Positions 37,001 through 44,917 of a stretch of DNA of 45,191 nt are shown one piece after another. Origin of the DNA: a virus (taxonomy: Duplodnaviria; Caudoviricetes); IMG/VR virus record IMGVR_UViG_3300031520_000007, positions 1 to 45,191 of that record. The stretch is one strand, 5' to 3'. How positions within the stretch are numbered: position 1 is the first letter of the stretch; each line of letters opens with the position of its first letter. Both the position numbers and the translations under genes were made by a program. The notes beneath the pieces were generated by a model, which worked only from the letters and a program-made list of their open reading frames with translations, was not told the DNA's origin and did not search any database.

Positions 37001-38722
37001 TTCCTTTATGACAATTCCTACAATCCAAACGGAGCTAACCCGTTCGGTGATACGAATGCCGATGATACGCCGTGCATGAACAGCGCGGTGATCGTTGAGG
37101 CTTATTGTGCCGGTGCGCCCACCGCCACGTCTGCGCTCGTGGCCCGCACTCAAAACTTCATCACGGGTTGCGTGCCCGTGATGGCTAGCTGGGCAAGCTG
37201 GGACTACGACGTGCCGGCCAGCATACCCGCGACCTCCGTAGCGGCCACGCTGCCGCCTGTCGTGCCGAACCTGCGCCTGGCTTACAACGCCGCCGACCTG
37301 TTCTGGGTCCGCTGGGACATGCCCGCCAACATGGGCACCACGCCGCTGTTCAAGGTGGAGGTGTCCGGCGACGGGGGCAGCACCTATACCGTCTTGCAGG
37401 CAAGCACACCAATGCTCGCCTGCCAGGTGACACCAGGCACGTCGGCACCACGGGCGCAGACGGTGCGGGTGACGGCGATCAACGACGCGGGGGCGAGCGC
37501 CACGCCTGCCACGATGGCGGTGACGATGAAGCCCTATACCAGCAACCAGAACTTCCCGCTGGTTCTGAGCGGAGCGGCGGGGCCGCTCACCGGCAATGCG
37601 GTTGTCGCGGCCTGGAACGGCGGCGATGTCAGCCATTTCGCACTGGATGGTTCCGGCGACATGCTGGTGTCAAATGTGGATAGCACACGGGGCATCCTAC
37701 AGAACGCCGGAACGGTATCCGCTGACGGCACACTGTTGGTCATCCTCGCGGCAGGTAGTGACCGCATACTCGATGCGGTGCTGCGGGCATCGGGATCGGG
37801 TAGCACAGCGGATGGCTATCTGATCTCAGTCACTGCATTTAACAACGGCACGCAATTGGCCGTCGCGTTCTACGTTTGCACGAACGGGAACTTTGCTCAG
37901 CTTGGCTCAACGGTGTTTCCGAACGACCTCGGCGGCATGAACTGGTCCTATGGCATAGCCGGCAGCCGCTTGTCGTTTGCCGTCAACGGCCAGGAGTTGG
38001 CTGCAGCTACTGATACCACCTTCACTGCAGCCGGATTTGTCGGCCTGGGTATCGGTGGGCCAGGCCCCACCCGTACCAAACTGTCCCAGGTCACGTATCA
38101 GGCTAGCCTAGGCGACGTGCAGTACACGGATCAGCAAACGCCCACCCCTGCGCCCACGCCTGCCCCCGATAGCACTCTCACGGGCCTGCCCTCGACCATC
38201 GTCGCCGGTCAGCCCCTGTCGGCGGTGACGTACACCCCACCGCAGATTTCCATCTACTTCGTGCTCTACAATGTGGCCGGCGCCGTCGAGGAAGGCCTGC
38301 GCTGGCCCAGCGGCGTGATGTCTGGCGCACTGAACCTGCTGATCCCGCAAACCGCGGGGGCCTATACCGTGCGGGCCTACGATGCAGCGACCGCCGGCAA
38401 CAAAGTCTACGAAAGCGCGCAGATCAACGTGACGGCATCGCCAGGCGCACTGCCTGCCACGCCGACGCAGACGGCGGACACCGGGGCGACCTCAAGCGGT
38501 GTCATCATGAACTGGACGGCCACTGGGACCAGCTACCGTGTCCTGGCCCGGCATGGCGTTGGCACTGTTTATGGCAGCCTGGCCGACGCGACAGTGACGA
38601 CGAACAGCTACACGTTCACCGGGCTGGCGGCCAACTCGTCCTCGCGGGCCATCGTCATCCCGCAGAACGCGAACGGCTATGGGACGCCGACCGGGCAGCT
38701 CCTGTCGTTCACCACGGCTTGA
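34082..38722 (+). CDS. 1546-aa multidomain protein: Ig-like domains, putative lyase/hydrolase core, Fn3-like domains
   Basis: G..FKPGAIP...VQF.ERRSWPDGSL.FAV resembles the N-domain of the YetA/PcRGLX lyase family. Aromatic-rich core; Fn3-like VRWD...VRVTAIN.AG and WT...Y...TGL segments. Confidence 0.7.
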   Translation: MAFSNKALTAAAAASQKADALRAELIAAGVLHTVATSYTVALASSTGIVGTAVNFTATPVGGGWPAGETLSPALGGIAGTFSPQTASPAAGSTTPATFALTPGAAGAGTVTVTASPSMGTPAGVQITVSAAAPVALPTITTTTSGATFVAGAAAGVVVATLSAPPAGATRALLPGDGRLVLNSAGTAIVVGMTAASAGTISATVKDTKSGSADSPVLTVPVTVTVAQSVPPPAATPTNGATLHSFNFVNWGTASSVGMARQGVVFKPGAIPAGSSVKVQRAGADVAVQFNERRSWPDGSLAFAVMHIRDTPLAAGVRQAYNLVLVLGAPFTDVAGTTPDQIAAGHAFSMTFANHTSQNDTTTTPVGSGTSTASLATHMATATRREAHHVGPVCDGAVCWGMVQDATGGTLDAHLKVNWEVDRWKNVDGSTYAIEIACQPAQDWYDVAGKTRRNYDATLLDGATTIETYAAVPHTYNCSWVTVQNRGGFNRGRAHWVGGACPTLSYEPDRAYWIAAGFVAPLNLTRQRTPMASPGGGAGNAVYLPMSNQEHRPSIDGTGAYMGRGVMPNCDNLAFLSQSPSDVAIARINAKAGQHVFWHHRSAHQRTRPGEAADVANTIVALSMAGPATLPAFDFTAQGLPAPIDAYCDTRNDPAFKGNYVVPQGGRVYFDTSYGDGIAGGNSRSNDASHAVNFCYFMYLLEGKRYDLEATLDLAQNTLHQGTNPLNNPYVIWEYGSGTIWHAVTQFATGEERNTGWAQNLVFHAAGVVPDSHPASPYFKRLVQQQGLYIKATLDGMPPDWKLSGVHPWTDSAGVHTCWELAFCALAAYSGWRLTKDTNIRAWADYTSQWAINNVRDRISQIREYRGSNQHNPGVGYNIRTNPYYTGSLEIDEPTANAAAATGILTITKGYLPDNGAILYASAKNYATGDTIVPPELTRSTPYYVRDGSGTTFRLAASPGGIAISFAADRTEIHFLYDNSYNPNGANPFGDTNADDTPCMNSAVIVEAYCAGAPTATSALVARTQNFITGCVPVMASWASWDYDVPASIPATSVAATLPPVVPNLRLAYNAADLFWVRWDMPANMGTTPLFKVEVSGDGGSTYTVLQASTPMLACQVTPGTSAPRAQTVRVTAINDAGASATPATMAVTMKPYTSNQNFPLVLSGAAGPLTGNAVVAAWNGGDVSHFALDGSGDMLVSNVDSTRGILQNAGTVSADGTLLVILAAGSDRILDAVLRASGSGSTADGYLISVTAFNNGTQLAVAFYVCTNGNFAQLGSTVFPNDLGGMNWSYGIAGSRLSFAVNGQELAAATDTTFTAAGFVGLGIGGPGPTRTKLSQVTYQASLGDVQYTDQQTPTPAPTPAPDSTLTGLPSTIVAGQPLSAVTYTPPQISIYFVLYNVAGAVEEGLRWPSGVMSGALNLLIPQTAGAYTVRAYDAATAGNKVYESAQINVTASPGALPATPTQTADTGATSSGVIMNWTATGTSYRVLARHGVGTVYGSLADATVTTNSYTFTGLAANSSSRAIVIPQNANGYGTPTGQLLSFTTA

Positions 38723-38731
38723 TGGCAAGGG

Positions 38732-38761
38732 AGCAAGTGGCAAATCCTGCCACTTGCTTTG
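38732..38761. terminator. Hairpin between convergent genes; probable terminator
   Basis: AGCAAGTGGCA-AATCC-TGCCACTTGCT followed by TT. Confidence 0.6.
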
Positions 38762-38772
38762 CTGATGTCAGG

Positions 38773-39363
38773 TTAGACACACTGCAGCCTGGTCAGCTTC
38801 GTGGAAGCCTTCCGGCGCAGCATCCCGAATGCCGCGATGCCCAGCCCGAGCGTTGCCAACGAAGCTGGCTCGGGGACCGGGCTGGCCGTTGCGGTTGCGG
38901 TCAACTGCCCGGTGACGATGCAAGCAGTCGGGCCGGCGGACTGGCAGCCGTTCCGCTCGCTGCCGAACGGCCCGGTGAACGTGCCGCCGGTCCCGGTCAG
39001 TTGCAGGGCGTCCAGCGTGCCGTTGAAGGTGATGTTGCCGGATGCCACACTGCCCACGAAGGTCAGGGACACGTTCAGGTTGGCGTTGCTCCCCGAGGTC
39101 GGCGTAAGCGTCTGCCCGATGGACGCGCTCACGAAGTCCGCCACGTCGCCGCTGATCGTCTGCACTTGGCTGGTGGCGGTTTCGACCAGGTTGAACGACC
39201 CGCGCGCGACTGCCGCGTCCGAGATGACCAGATCGAACTGCGCCACGGCGCCAAGGGATAGCGCCGCCGCATTGTAGGTCTGACCGGTCAGGTCGAAGAC
39301 CGCCGCCTGCGCCCCCGTTGCCAGCCCGCACGCCATCGCCGCCGCCAGTAGTGCTGCACGCAT
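38773..39363 (-). CDS. PEP-CTERM sorting-domain protein
   Basis: Signal peptide MRAALLAAAMACGLATGAQA; C-terminal VPEPASLATLGLGIAAFGMLRRK. Confidence 0.92.
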   Translation of the reverse strand: MRAALLAAAMACGLATGAQAAVFDLTGQTYNAAALSLGAVAQFDLVISDAAVARGSFNLVETATSQVQTISGDVADFVSASIGQTLTPTSGSNANLNVSLTFVGSVASGNITFNGTLDALQLTGTGGTFTGPFGSERNGCQSAGPTACIVTGQLTATATASPVPEPASLATLGLGIAAFGMLRRKASTKLTRLQCV

Positions 39364-39503
39364 TCGCCGTCATCCTTCCCGGAGCCGGGCGCTCCCGGAA
39401 CAAGACAAACCGTGCGGCGGATGTCTGTTTTCGTCAACGATTGTCGGCGGCCACTGTGACGCGGGACACACGCAGCGCCGGTTTTCCACAACAGGAGAAA
39501 CCC

Positions 39504-40028
39504 ATGCTCATTCACCAATTGGCAGCGCTTTTTTCCCGCGTCACTGCGGAATTGCAGCGCATGTCCGATGCCGAGGCTGCGGCGCTATCTCAGCTTGTCG
39601 TTCAACCCATCCTAGAGAGGCTTGACATTATGACCATCGACGTATCCGCCCTGACCGCCGACGTGACGGCGCTCCAGACCGCCGTGACCGCCAGCGTGGC
39701 CAGCTCCGCAACGCTGGAAACCCAGATGACGGACCTCAAGACCGCACTGGCCGGCGACACCAAGGCTCAGGCGCAGCTTGACGCGCTGGACGCCACGATC
39801 AAGACGATGAAGGACCAGCTCACGCCGGTCGCGTCGCCCGCGCCGTCGCCCGTGGTGCCGGCTCCGGTTGACCCGTCCAGCCCGGCCCCCGTCGTCCCTG
39901 CGCCCGTGGTTCCGGCGCCGGTCAGCACCGACCCGTCCGCTCCGGTGCCCGTCGTGCCGGTTGATCCGGCAGCGCCCGTGCCGGCAACTGGTCCGACCGT
40001 GCCGGTTCCGCCGACGCCCATCAGCTAA
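39504..40028 (+). CDS. Coiled-coil protein with Pro/Val-rich tail
   Basis: AGGAG RBS before ATG 39504; heptad-like region followed by PVVPAP repeats. Confidence 0.7.
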   Translation: MLIHQLAALFSRVTAELQRMSDAEAAALSQLVVQPILERLDIMTIDVSALTADVTALQTAVTASVASSATLETQMTDLKTALAGDTKAQAQLDALDATIKTMKDQLTPVASPAPSPVVPAPVDPSSPAPVVPAPVVPAPVSTDPSAPVPVVPVDPAAPVPATGPTVPVPPTPIS

Positions 40029-40038
40029 CGCGACAAGC

Positions 40039-40106
40039 GGGGCGCGCGGCACAAGCTGAACACAAATGCCGCGCGCCCCTAGCCGCTAGCCTGGAGGTGC
40101 TGACTA
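40039..40106 (+). promoter_or_regulatory. 13-bp hairpin + TAGCCGC + RBS leader (or terminator)
   Basis: GGGGCGCGCGGCA (40039-40051) / TGCCGCGCGCCCC (40067-40079). No U-tract; GGAGG follows. Confidence 0.5.
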
Positions 40107-40565
40107 ATGCCGTTCATTCGGAAATGGCGTGGTTTCTTCGCTACCATGCGCGCGTATGTGCCCCTGGGATTTGAGGTCGGCATGTGCATCATCTCGTTCC
40201 GCGCCGCCTGCATCCTGCTGTCGAATCAGGGCCATCTTGAGATCAACGATCAAGCCTATGTAGCCATGATGCATATGATGCCACGAGAGTGGCGCTGGGG
40301 TGTGCTGGCGGGGTGCGCGAGCGGCCTAAAGGCGATCGGGTTCCTCGGGTTCTTCGCGCGCACGGAGCGAGGGGTCGAGCGCGCATTCCTGCTGCGCGCC
40401 GCCGGGTGGATGCTGTCCGCGGTGTTCTGGACCGCGTTGGGCGTGACGCTCTTGATCGGCGCCCCCTGGACCATCGGCAACGGCGCCATCTTGATGTTGG
40501 GCATTTTCTCGCTTGGCTTGGCCCTGGCCGGTCCGGTCATGACGGAGAACCCCAATGGTCGATGA
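40107..40565 (+). CDS. Multi-pass membrane protein (holin candidate)
   Basis: About four hydrophobic segments; first gene of the lysis-type cluster. Confidence 0.65.
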   Translation: MPFIRKWRGFFATMRAYVPLGFEVGMCIISFRAACILLSNQGHLEINDQAYVAMMHMMPREWRWGVLAGCASGLKAIGFLGFFARTERGVERAFLLRAAGWMLSAVFWTALGVTLLIGAPWTIGNGAILMLGIFSLGLALAGPVMTENPNGR

Positions 40566-41049
40566 GCGGAATTTCGACGGGCTGCTGAAAGAAATCTGGA
40601 AATCGCTTGGTAGGGTCGAGGCAGGGCAGGAAGGTCTCACCGAGAAGCTGGAGGAGGACCGGCGGAACGCAAAGGAAAGCATCCGGGAGCGTGACGCGAA
40701 GTTCCTAGACCAGTCCACGAAACTCGACGCCCTGGCCGACCGCCAGCGGGACGATGCCCACAAGCTGGCCAACGTCCAGCAGCAGATGGTCTTGCAAGTT
40801 GAGGGCGTCCAGAAAGAGGTGATCGGCGTCGGCGTCAAGGTGGACGACCAGGAGAAGCGGCTTGGAGCGATTGAGGCTCCCATCCGCAAAGCCGTTGCAA
40901 CGCGGCAGGCCCGCACGGCATCGCTGGCCAAGATTGTGACCATTGCCTCAGCCGTGTCGGCTACGGTGTGGCTCTTGGTCGAGCCGATCTGGAAGATCGC
41001 CGTGGACCTGCTGCTGCATAAGATCATCAATGGCGGGTCGGTGCCCTGA
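40555..41049 (+). CDS. Coiled-coil protein with C-terminal TM helix
   Basis: LGRVEAG...coiled coil...KIVTIASAVSATVWLLV. Confidence 0.7.
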   Translation: MVDERNFDGLLKEIWKSLGRVEAGQEGLTEKLEEDRRNAKESIRERDAKFLDQSTKLDALADRQRDDAHKLANVQQQMVLQVEGVQKEVIGVGVKVDDQEKRLGAIEAPIRKAVATRQARTASLAKIVTIASAVSATVWLLVEPIWKIAVDLLLHKIINGGSVP

Positions 41050-41251
41050 TACCCGCCTAAACTGGTTCGCCATGGTATGCGCCGTCGCCAGCGTGATCCC
41101 GTGCGTGCTGGTTGCCAACATGATGACGCTGCCTTGGGCAGGGGTGCGGACCAAAGTGCAAGTTGCTGGCGTGCTGTTCGGGGCGTCCACAGGCGTGTGG
41201 GTCAGCGTTGCGATCAACGCGCCGACGCCTTGGCTGGATCGGCTGAACTAG
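41030..41251 (+). CDS. Small two-TM membrane protein
   Basis: WFAMVCAVASVIPCVLVA and VAGVLFGASTGVWVSVAI; overlaps the upstream stop. Confidence 0.5.
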   Translation: MAGRCPDTRLNWFAMVCAVASVIPCVLVANMMTLPWAGVRTKVQVAGVLFGASTGVWVSVAINAPTPWLDRLN

Positions 41252-41253
41252 GC

Positions 41254-41401
41254 GCTGTGAGGCCGGGTTTGATACCGGCTGCGGAGCCAAGCGGCTACAG
41301 CCTTAGACGGCTGATAGTGGGTCGCTTCGTAAGCGCCGGATGAACCGGGCCATGTCTCCGTAGGCATTCCTTCTTGCGGGTCCATCCCCGCCGCTCGCAG
41401 C
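41254..41401 (-). ncRNA. Candidate cloverleaf/tRNA-like structured RNA, copy B
   Basis: Minus strand: GCTGCGAG...CTCACAGC closing stem, D-like arm GCGGG-GATGGA-CCCGC, T-like arm GCCGG-TATCAAAC-CCGGC, and a multi-hairpin insert. Confidence 0.6.
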
Positions 41402-41460
41402 TCCACCACCATACCACACCCGGCCCGGGCGAGGGCAACCCCAAATCTCCGGAGCATAGC

Positions 41461-41991
41461 ATGACCTGGCTTCAAAGCCTCGCCGCCGGCTATCTGCGCG
41501 ATGCCGGCTTCAGCATTTACGACGCAGGCGAACTGCCGCCGGTGCCACTGGCCCGCGCCGAAGGCATTGTGCGCGGCACGGGCAGCACGATCATCCCGGC
41601 CGGCGTGGTGTTTGCGGTGGGCGCCACCGGCGCAACCAAGCTGCTGGAGGACGAAGGCTGCACCGTGCTGCGGCCGGGCCAGGAGCCGGACATCAGTTTG
41701 GATCAAGCCGAGCGCCGGGTGAAAGCGGCTGACCTTGTAATCCTGCATCCCGAGCTACCGCCTGCCATCGGTTGGTGGGACGCCAAGCCGCCCGTAAAAT
41801 CTGACGATCCCGTACATCCATCGCGCGACGTGCTGAGCGTGCTGGATGGCATCGTGACCTACGCCATCGGCGCGCAGGTCCGCACCTGCAAGATCAAAAC
41901 TTTCCACCAGTGGCGCCGGAACGCGCACGCGACGTTGCGGCCGTCCGCGCCTGAGCCGGTGCTGCCGTCGATCCCGGAGGATAGGGCATGA
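41461..41991 (+). CDS. Hypothetical protein
   Basis: GGAG RBS; ATGA-coupled to the next gene. Confidence 0.6.
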   Translation: MTWLQSLAAGYLRDAGFSIYDAGELPPVPLARAEGIVRGTGSTIIPAGVVFAVGATGATKLLEDEGCTVLRPGQEPDISLDQAERRVKAADLVILHPELPPAIGWWDAKPPVKSDDPVHPSRDVLSVLDGIVTYAIGAQVRTCKIKTFHQWRRNAHATLRPSAPEPVLPSIPEDRA

Positions 41992-42440
41992 CCTCGACGG
42001 TCTTTCTGTGGTCGTTCGTCATCCCGTGGCTGTCAGCCTTCGCGCTGGCCTTCATCCCCATCGCCGGCGGAATCATCAGCACGTTCGTCATTGCGGCGAT
42101 GCACAAGCGCAACCTGGACACGGCCTGGTTCCAGGCCATCAGCCGTGCGGGCGGTGAGGCATACGGCTCGCTACTGGCGTCCGGTAAGCCCATCACGGAT
42201 CAAGCCGCGCTGCTTGCTGCCGCTAAAGCCGGGGCTGAATACTTGCAGGCTCAAGTGCTGCCGCAGGTCACAGCACGCGCATTGACGCCGCAGAGCCTCG
42301 CTCAGATCGCCGGGGCGGAGATGAAAAAGCTGTTCGCAGTGGACCCTACCATCGGGCCGGGCGCAGCCACCGTCACAGCGACGGCAGCCCCGGGGCAGAC
42401 GGCATCAGCGTCAGTCAGCCCAGCGCCCAGCAGCCCCTAA
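41988..42440 (+). CDS. Holin-like membrane protein
   Basis: Long N-terminal hydrophobic segment, then a helical domain (AISRAGG..Y...GAEYL); lysis region. Confidence 0.55.
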   Translation: MTSTVFLWSFVIPWLSAFALAFIPIAGGIISTFVIAAMHKRNLDTAWFQAISRAGGEAYGSLLASGKPITDQAALLAAAKAGAEYLQAQVLPQVTARALTPQSLAQIAGAEMKKLFAVDPTIGPGAATVTATAAPGQTASASVSPAPSSP

Positions 42441-42457
42441 CCCCAACGAGGTATCCC

Positions 42458-42817
42458 ATGCAGCAGGATCTAGAACAGGCCAGCGCCGCGATTGACGACG
42501 CGGTGAAGGCATACGCCGGGCAAATCACGGTCATGCGCCAGCAGCTCGCCGCGAAGCAGGCCGAGGCCGCATCTATGGCGGCGGCGCTGACGCAGCACGA
42601 GACGCATTACAGCGCCATCTCGACGTTGCGGCCCGCGGCGGACCAGCCCGCGCCCGCGCCGTCCGCAATCCCCGTCGCGCTGGTGGGGGACGCTCCCGCG
42701 GCTCCTAGTCCAAGCTCTGGCCAAACGCCGCCGCCCATTCTCGCTCGGCTGGCTGAGGCAATGGCGCAGATGACGCCGCCGGGCGTGCCGTATCCGACGA
42801 CCCCGCCGGGCGTCTGA
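42458..42817 (+). CDS. Coiled-coil/Pro-rich hypothetical protein
   Basis: GAGG RBS; 119 aa. Confidence 0.6.
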   Translation: MQQDLEQASAAIDDAVKAYAGQITVMRQQLAAKQAEAASMAAALTQHETHYSAISTLRPAADQPAPAPSAIPVALVGDAPAAPSPSSGQTPPPILARLAEAMAQMTPPGVPYPTTPPGV

Positions 42818-42824
42818 GGCTGGA

Positions 42825-43205
42825 TTAGTCGCCTCCCTCAAGACGATACGGCTGCAACAGCACCTCCGCCGGAATGCGCCATTCCCGGTGCAGCTTGTAT
42901 GCCTGCTCCTTCGACAACGGGCGGCGGCGGCTCAGCAACTCCGACGCGCGGGACCGCGATCCCAGCAGGCGGCTTAGGTCGGCCTGCGTGTAGCTGCCCT
43001 GCTCCATCCGGTAGCGGATCGCCTCCACCGGATCGGGCAGGTCAATCGGCCATGCCTGGCTCTCGTAATGCTCAATCAGGCTAGCAAGCACGTCGAACCG
43101 CTGACTTTCCGGGCTGCCCATCTCGGGTTCATGGTCAAAGTATTGCTCAATCTCCTTGAGCGCCCAATCGTAGTCCGCCTCAGTCTTGATGGGTCGAATG
43201 TCCAT
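42825..43205 (-). CDS. higA: HigA-family HTH antitoxin
   Basis: MDIRPIKTEADYDWAL...LIEHYE...PDPVEAIRYRMEQ...SRSRASE.L.RRRPLS...IPAEVL. Confidence 0.93.
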   Translation of the reverse strand: MDIRPIKTEADYDWALKEIEQYFDHEPEMGSPESQRFDVLASLIEHYESQAWPIDLPDPVEAIRYRMEQGSYTQADLSRLLGSRSRASELLSRRRPLSKEQAYKLHREWRIPAEVLLQPYRLEGGD

Positions 43206-43507
43206 TATACCGTCTCCACGTTTATGCGGTCATACTGCGCGTGGGTGCCGATGAACTTGATCAGCACCCGCTTGTGTGCATAGGCGACGCGGACAACCAA
43301 ACGATACTTGTTGCCACTGATGTCGAAAACGATCCGATTGTCAGCCACGAAGTCCACCGTCGCCCCATACTCCACCTTCACATCTGCCGGGCCAGACCAC
43401 GCGGCCTTGCTGACCGCTGAGAACCAAACCTGCAACGGCGTGCGTGCCTGGGGATGGCTTTCCCAGAAAGTCCGCAGCGTCCGCTTGGCGATGATGTGCA
43501 TGGACAT
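43205..43507 (-). CDS. higB: HigB-family mRNA interferase toxin
   Basis: MHIIAKRTLRTFWE.HP...W..PADVK...RIVFDISGNKYRLVV......VLIKFIGTHAQYDRI. Confidence 0.95.
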   Translation of the reverse strand: MSMHIIAKRTLRTFWESHPQARTPLQVWFSAVSKAAWSGPADVKVEYGATVDFVADNRIVFDISGNKYRLVVRVAYAHKRVLIKFIGTHAQYDRINVETV

Positions 43508-43516
43508 TGTGTAACA

Positions 43517-43535
43517 TGTTCCCCGTTGGGGAACA
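43517..43535 (-). promoter_or_regulatory. higBA operator palindrome
   Basis: TGTTCCCC-GTT-GGGGAACA, a perfect 8-bp inverted repeat just upstream of higB. Confidence 0.7.
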
Positions 43536-43608
43536 ACAAGTATCTTCCCTGTTGCGGAGGAGTCCGCCCCCGGACGGCATCCGGCAACCCTTCACGAAAG
43601 ACATCATC

Positions 43609-43950
43609 ATGAAAAACATCCTGCTTGCCGGGCTGGCGACCCTTGCCCTGGCCGCCTGCGCCCAGAACCCCACCACGGGCGCTGCCGAGATCACCAGCGT
43701 GGCCCCGGTGTCCGCCACCACGCTGCGAAGCGTCATTGCGGAGGGGCAACTCCTGTGCAGCGCTGGCCCGGCGACCGTGGCCATGTTCAGCACCAGCGGC
43801 GCGGCGATCCTGGCCAAGGGTGCGACCAAGAGCGCGGTGGACGCCGTGTGCGCCATCCTGGGTGCTGTGGCCGTGTCGCCGGCAGGTGCGCCCGTGGGCA
43901 CGGTCAGCGTAGCGCTGCCGCCCTCGCTCGTGATCCCGCTCAAGTCGTGA
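43609..43950 (+). CDS. Lipoprotein (spanin-like candidate)
   Basis: Lipobox in MKNILLAGLATLALAAC. Confidence 0.75.
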   Translation: MKNILLAGLATLALAACAQNPTTGAAEITSVAPVSATTLRSVIAEGQLLCSAGPATVAMFSTSGAAILAKGATKSAVDAVCAILGAVAVSPAGAPVGTVSVALPPSLVIPLKS

Positions 43951-44087
43951 GGCGCGGGCTGGCTGCCTTGCTCCTGACAGCCAGCCTCGCCCTCAGCGGT
44001 TGTGCGGCGGACGGCTCTGTGGATGCAGCCAAAGCCTGCCAGATCACGATCACCATCGCGCAGGCTGTGCTTTCCAACTGCAAGTAA
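43947..44087 (+). CDS. Small lipoprotein
   Basis: GTG start overlapping the upstream TGA; lipobox in MRRGLAALLLTASLALSGC; stop overlaps the endolysin ATG. Confidence 0.65.
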   Translation: MRRGLAALLLTASLALSGCAADGSVDAAKACQITITIAQAVLSNCK

Positions 44088-44869
44088 TGGACCCCGCCGT
44101 GAACGTCACCGCTGACCTTCTCGCCCAGGCCGGGGTGCTCAACCCTGCCCACTGGACGGCACCGCTCACGTCCGCCTGCCTGGCGCAGCAGATCACCACG
44201 CCACAGCGCTTGGCCGGGTTCCTGGCGAACGTGCTACACGAGAGCATGAACCTGTCGCGCGTCTGCGAGAGCCTGGACTACACGCCGCCGCGGCTACGTC
44301 AAATCTGGCCGCAGCGGTTCAGCGTGGCTGATGCCGACCGTATGGCGCGGACCGTTGAGCATCCTGCCGATCAGCGAGCGATTGCCGAGCGGGCGTATGG
44401 AGGCCGGATGGGGAACCGTGCGGAGGGTTCCGGCGACGGCTGGGCGTTCCGTGGACGCGGGCCGATGCAGGTCACGGGGCGGGATGGCTATGAGGTGGAA
44501 ACCAAGGCCACCGGGCTGGATCTGATGGCCGTGGGCGCGTGGCTGGAAACCCCCGAGGGCGGCAGCCTGTCGGCGGCGCGATACTGGAACACGCACGGCT
44601 GCAACGGCATGGCAGACCGTATGGACGTGACCGGGTTCCGGCAGGCGGTCAACGGCGGGCTGCTCGGGCTGGACGCGGTTACGGTGCGGTGGCGGACGCT
44701 GCTGGGGTTGCTGGGCGTGTCGCTGACCGCCCGCCCGCTGTCGCCGGGGATGCAGCGCCCGCCGGTGGGGGTCGTCAGCCGGCAGCAGAGCATGGCGGAC
44801 GATGCGGCGACGACGGCGCTGAACGATGCTGAGATGGCGCGCATCGCGCAGGGCGCGGGTGAACGCTGA
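44087..44869 (+). CDS. GH19-family endolysin
   Basis: RLAGFLA...HES, ESLDY, YGGRMGN..EGSGDGWAFRGRGPMQVTGRDGY, SAARYW, VNGG..GL. Confidence 0.93.
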   Translation: MDPAVNVTADLLAQAGVLNPAHWTAPLTSACLAQQITTPQRLAGFLANVLHESMNLSRVCESLDYTPPRLRQIWPQRFSVADADRMARTVEHPADQRAIAERAYGGRMGNRAEGSGDGWAFRGRGPMQVTGRDGYEVETKATGLDLMAVGAWLETPEGGSLSAARYWNTHGCNGMADRMDVTGFRQAVNGGLLGLDAVTVRWRTLLGLLGVSLTARPLSPGMQRPPVGVVSRQQSMADDAATTALNDAEMARIAQGAGER

Positions 44870-44917
44870 GTTGGCAAGGCGGCTACGGCTGGATGGCGCG
44901 GTGGAGGAGATGGAGAC

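Larger units (their letters stand above)
3074..44869 (+). mobile_element. Prophage or phage-plasmid late region: HK97-like head, Mu/SfV-like contractile tail, lysis genes
   Basis: Continuous, syntenic, apparently intact structural genes from the terminase-associated HNH to the endolysin. Element boundaries and att sites are not visible. Confidence 0.95.

Noticed and set aside
23694-41401. Calling elements A and B canonical tRNA genes
   Set aside because: No 7-nt anticodon loop on a 5-bp stem, no GTTCRA T-loop consensus and no CCA. Kept only as tRNA-like candidates.
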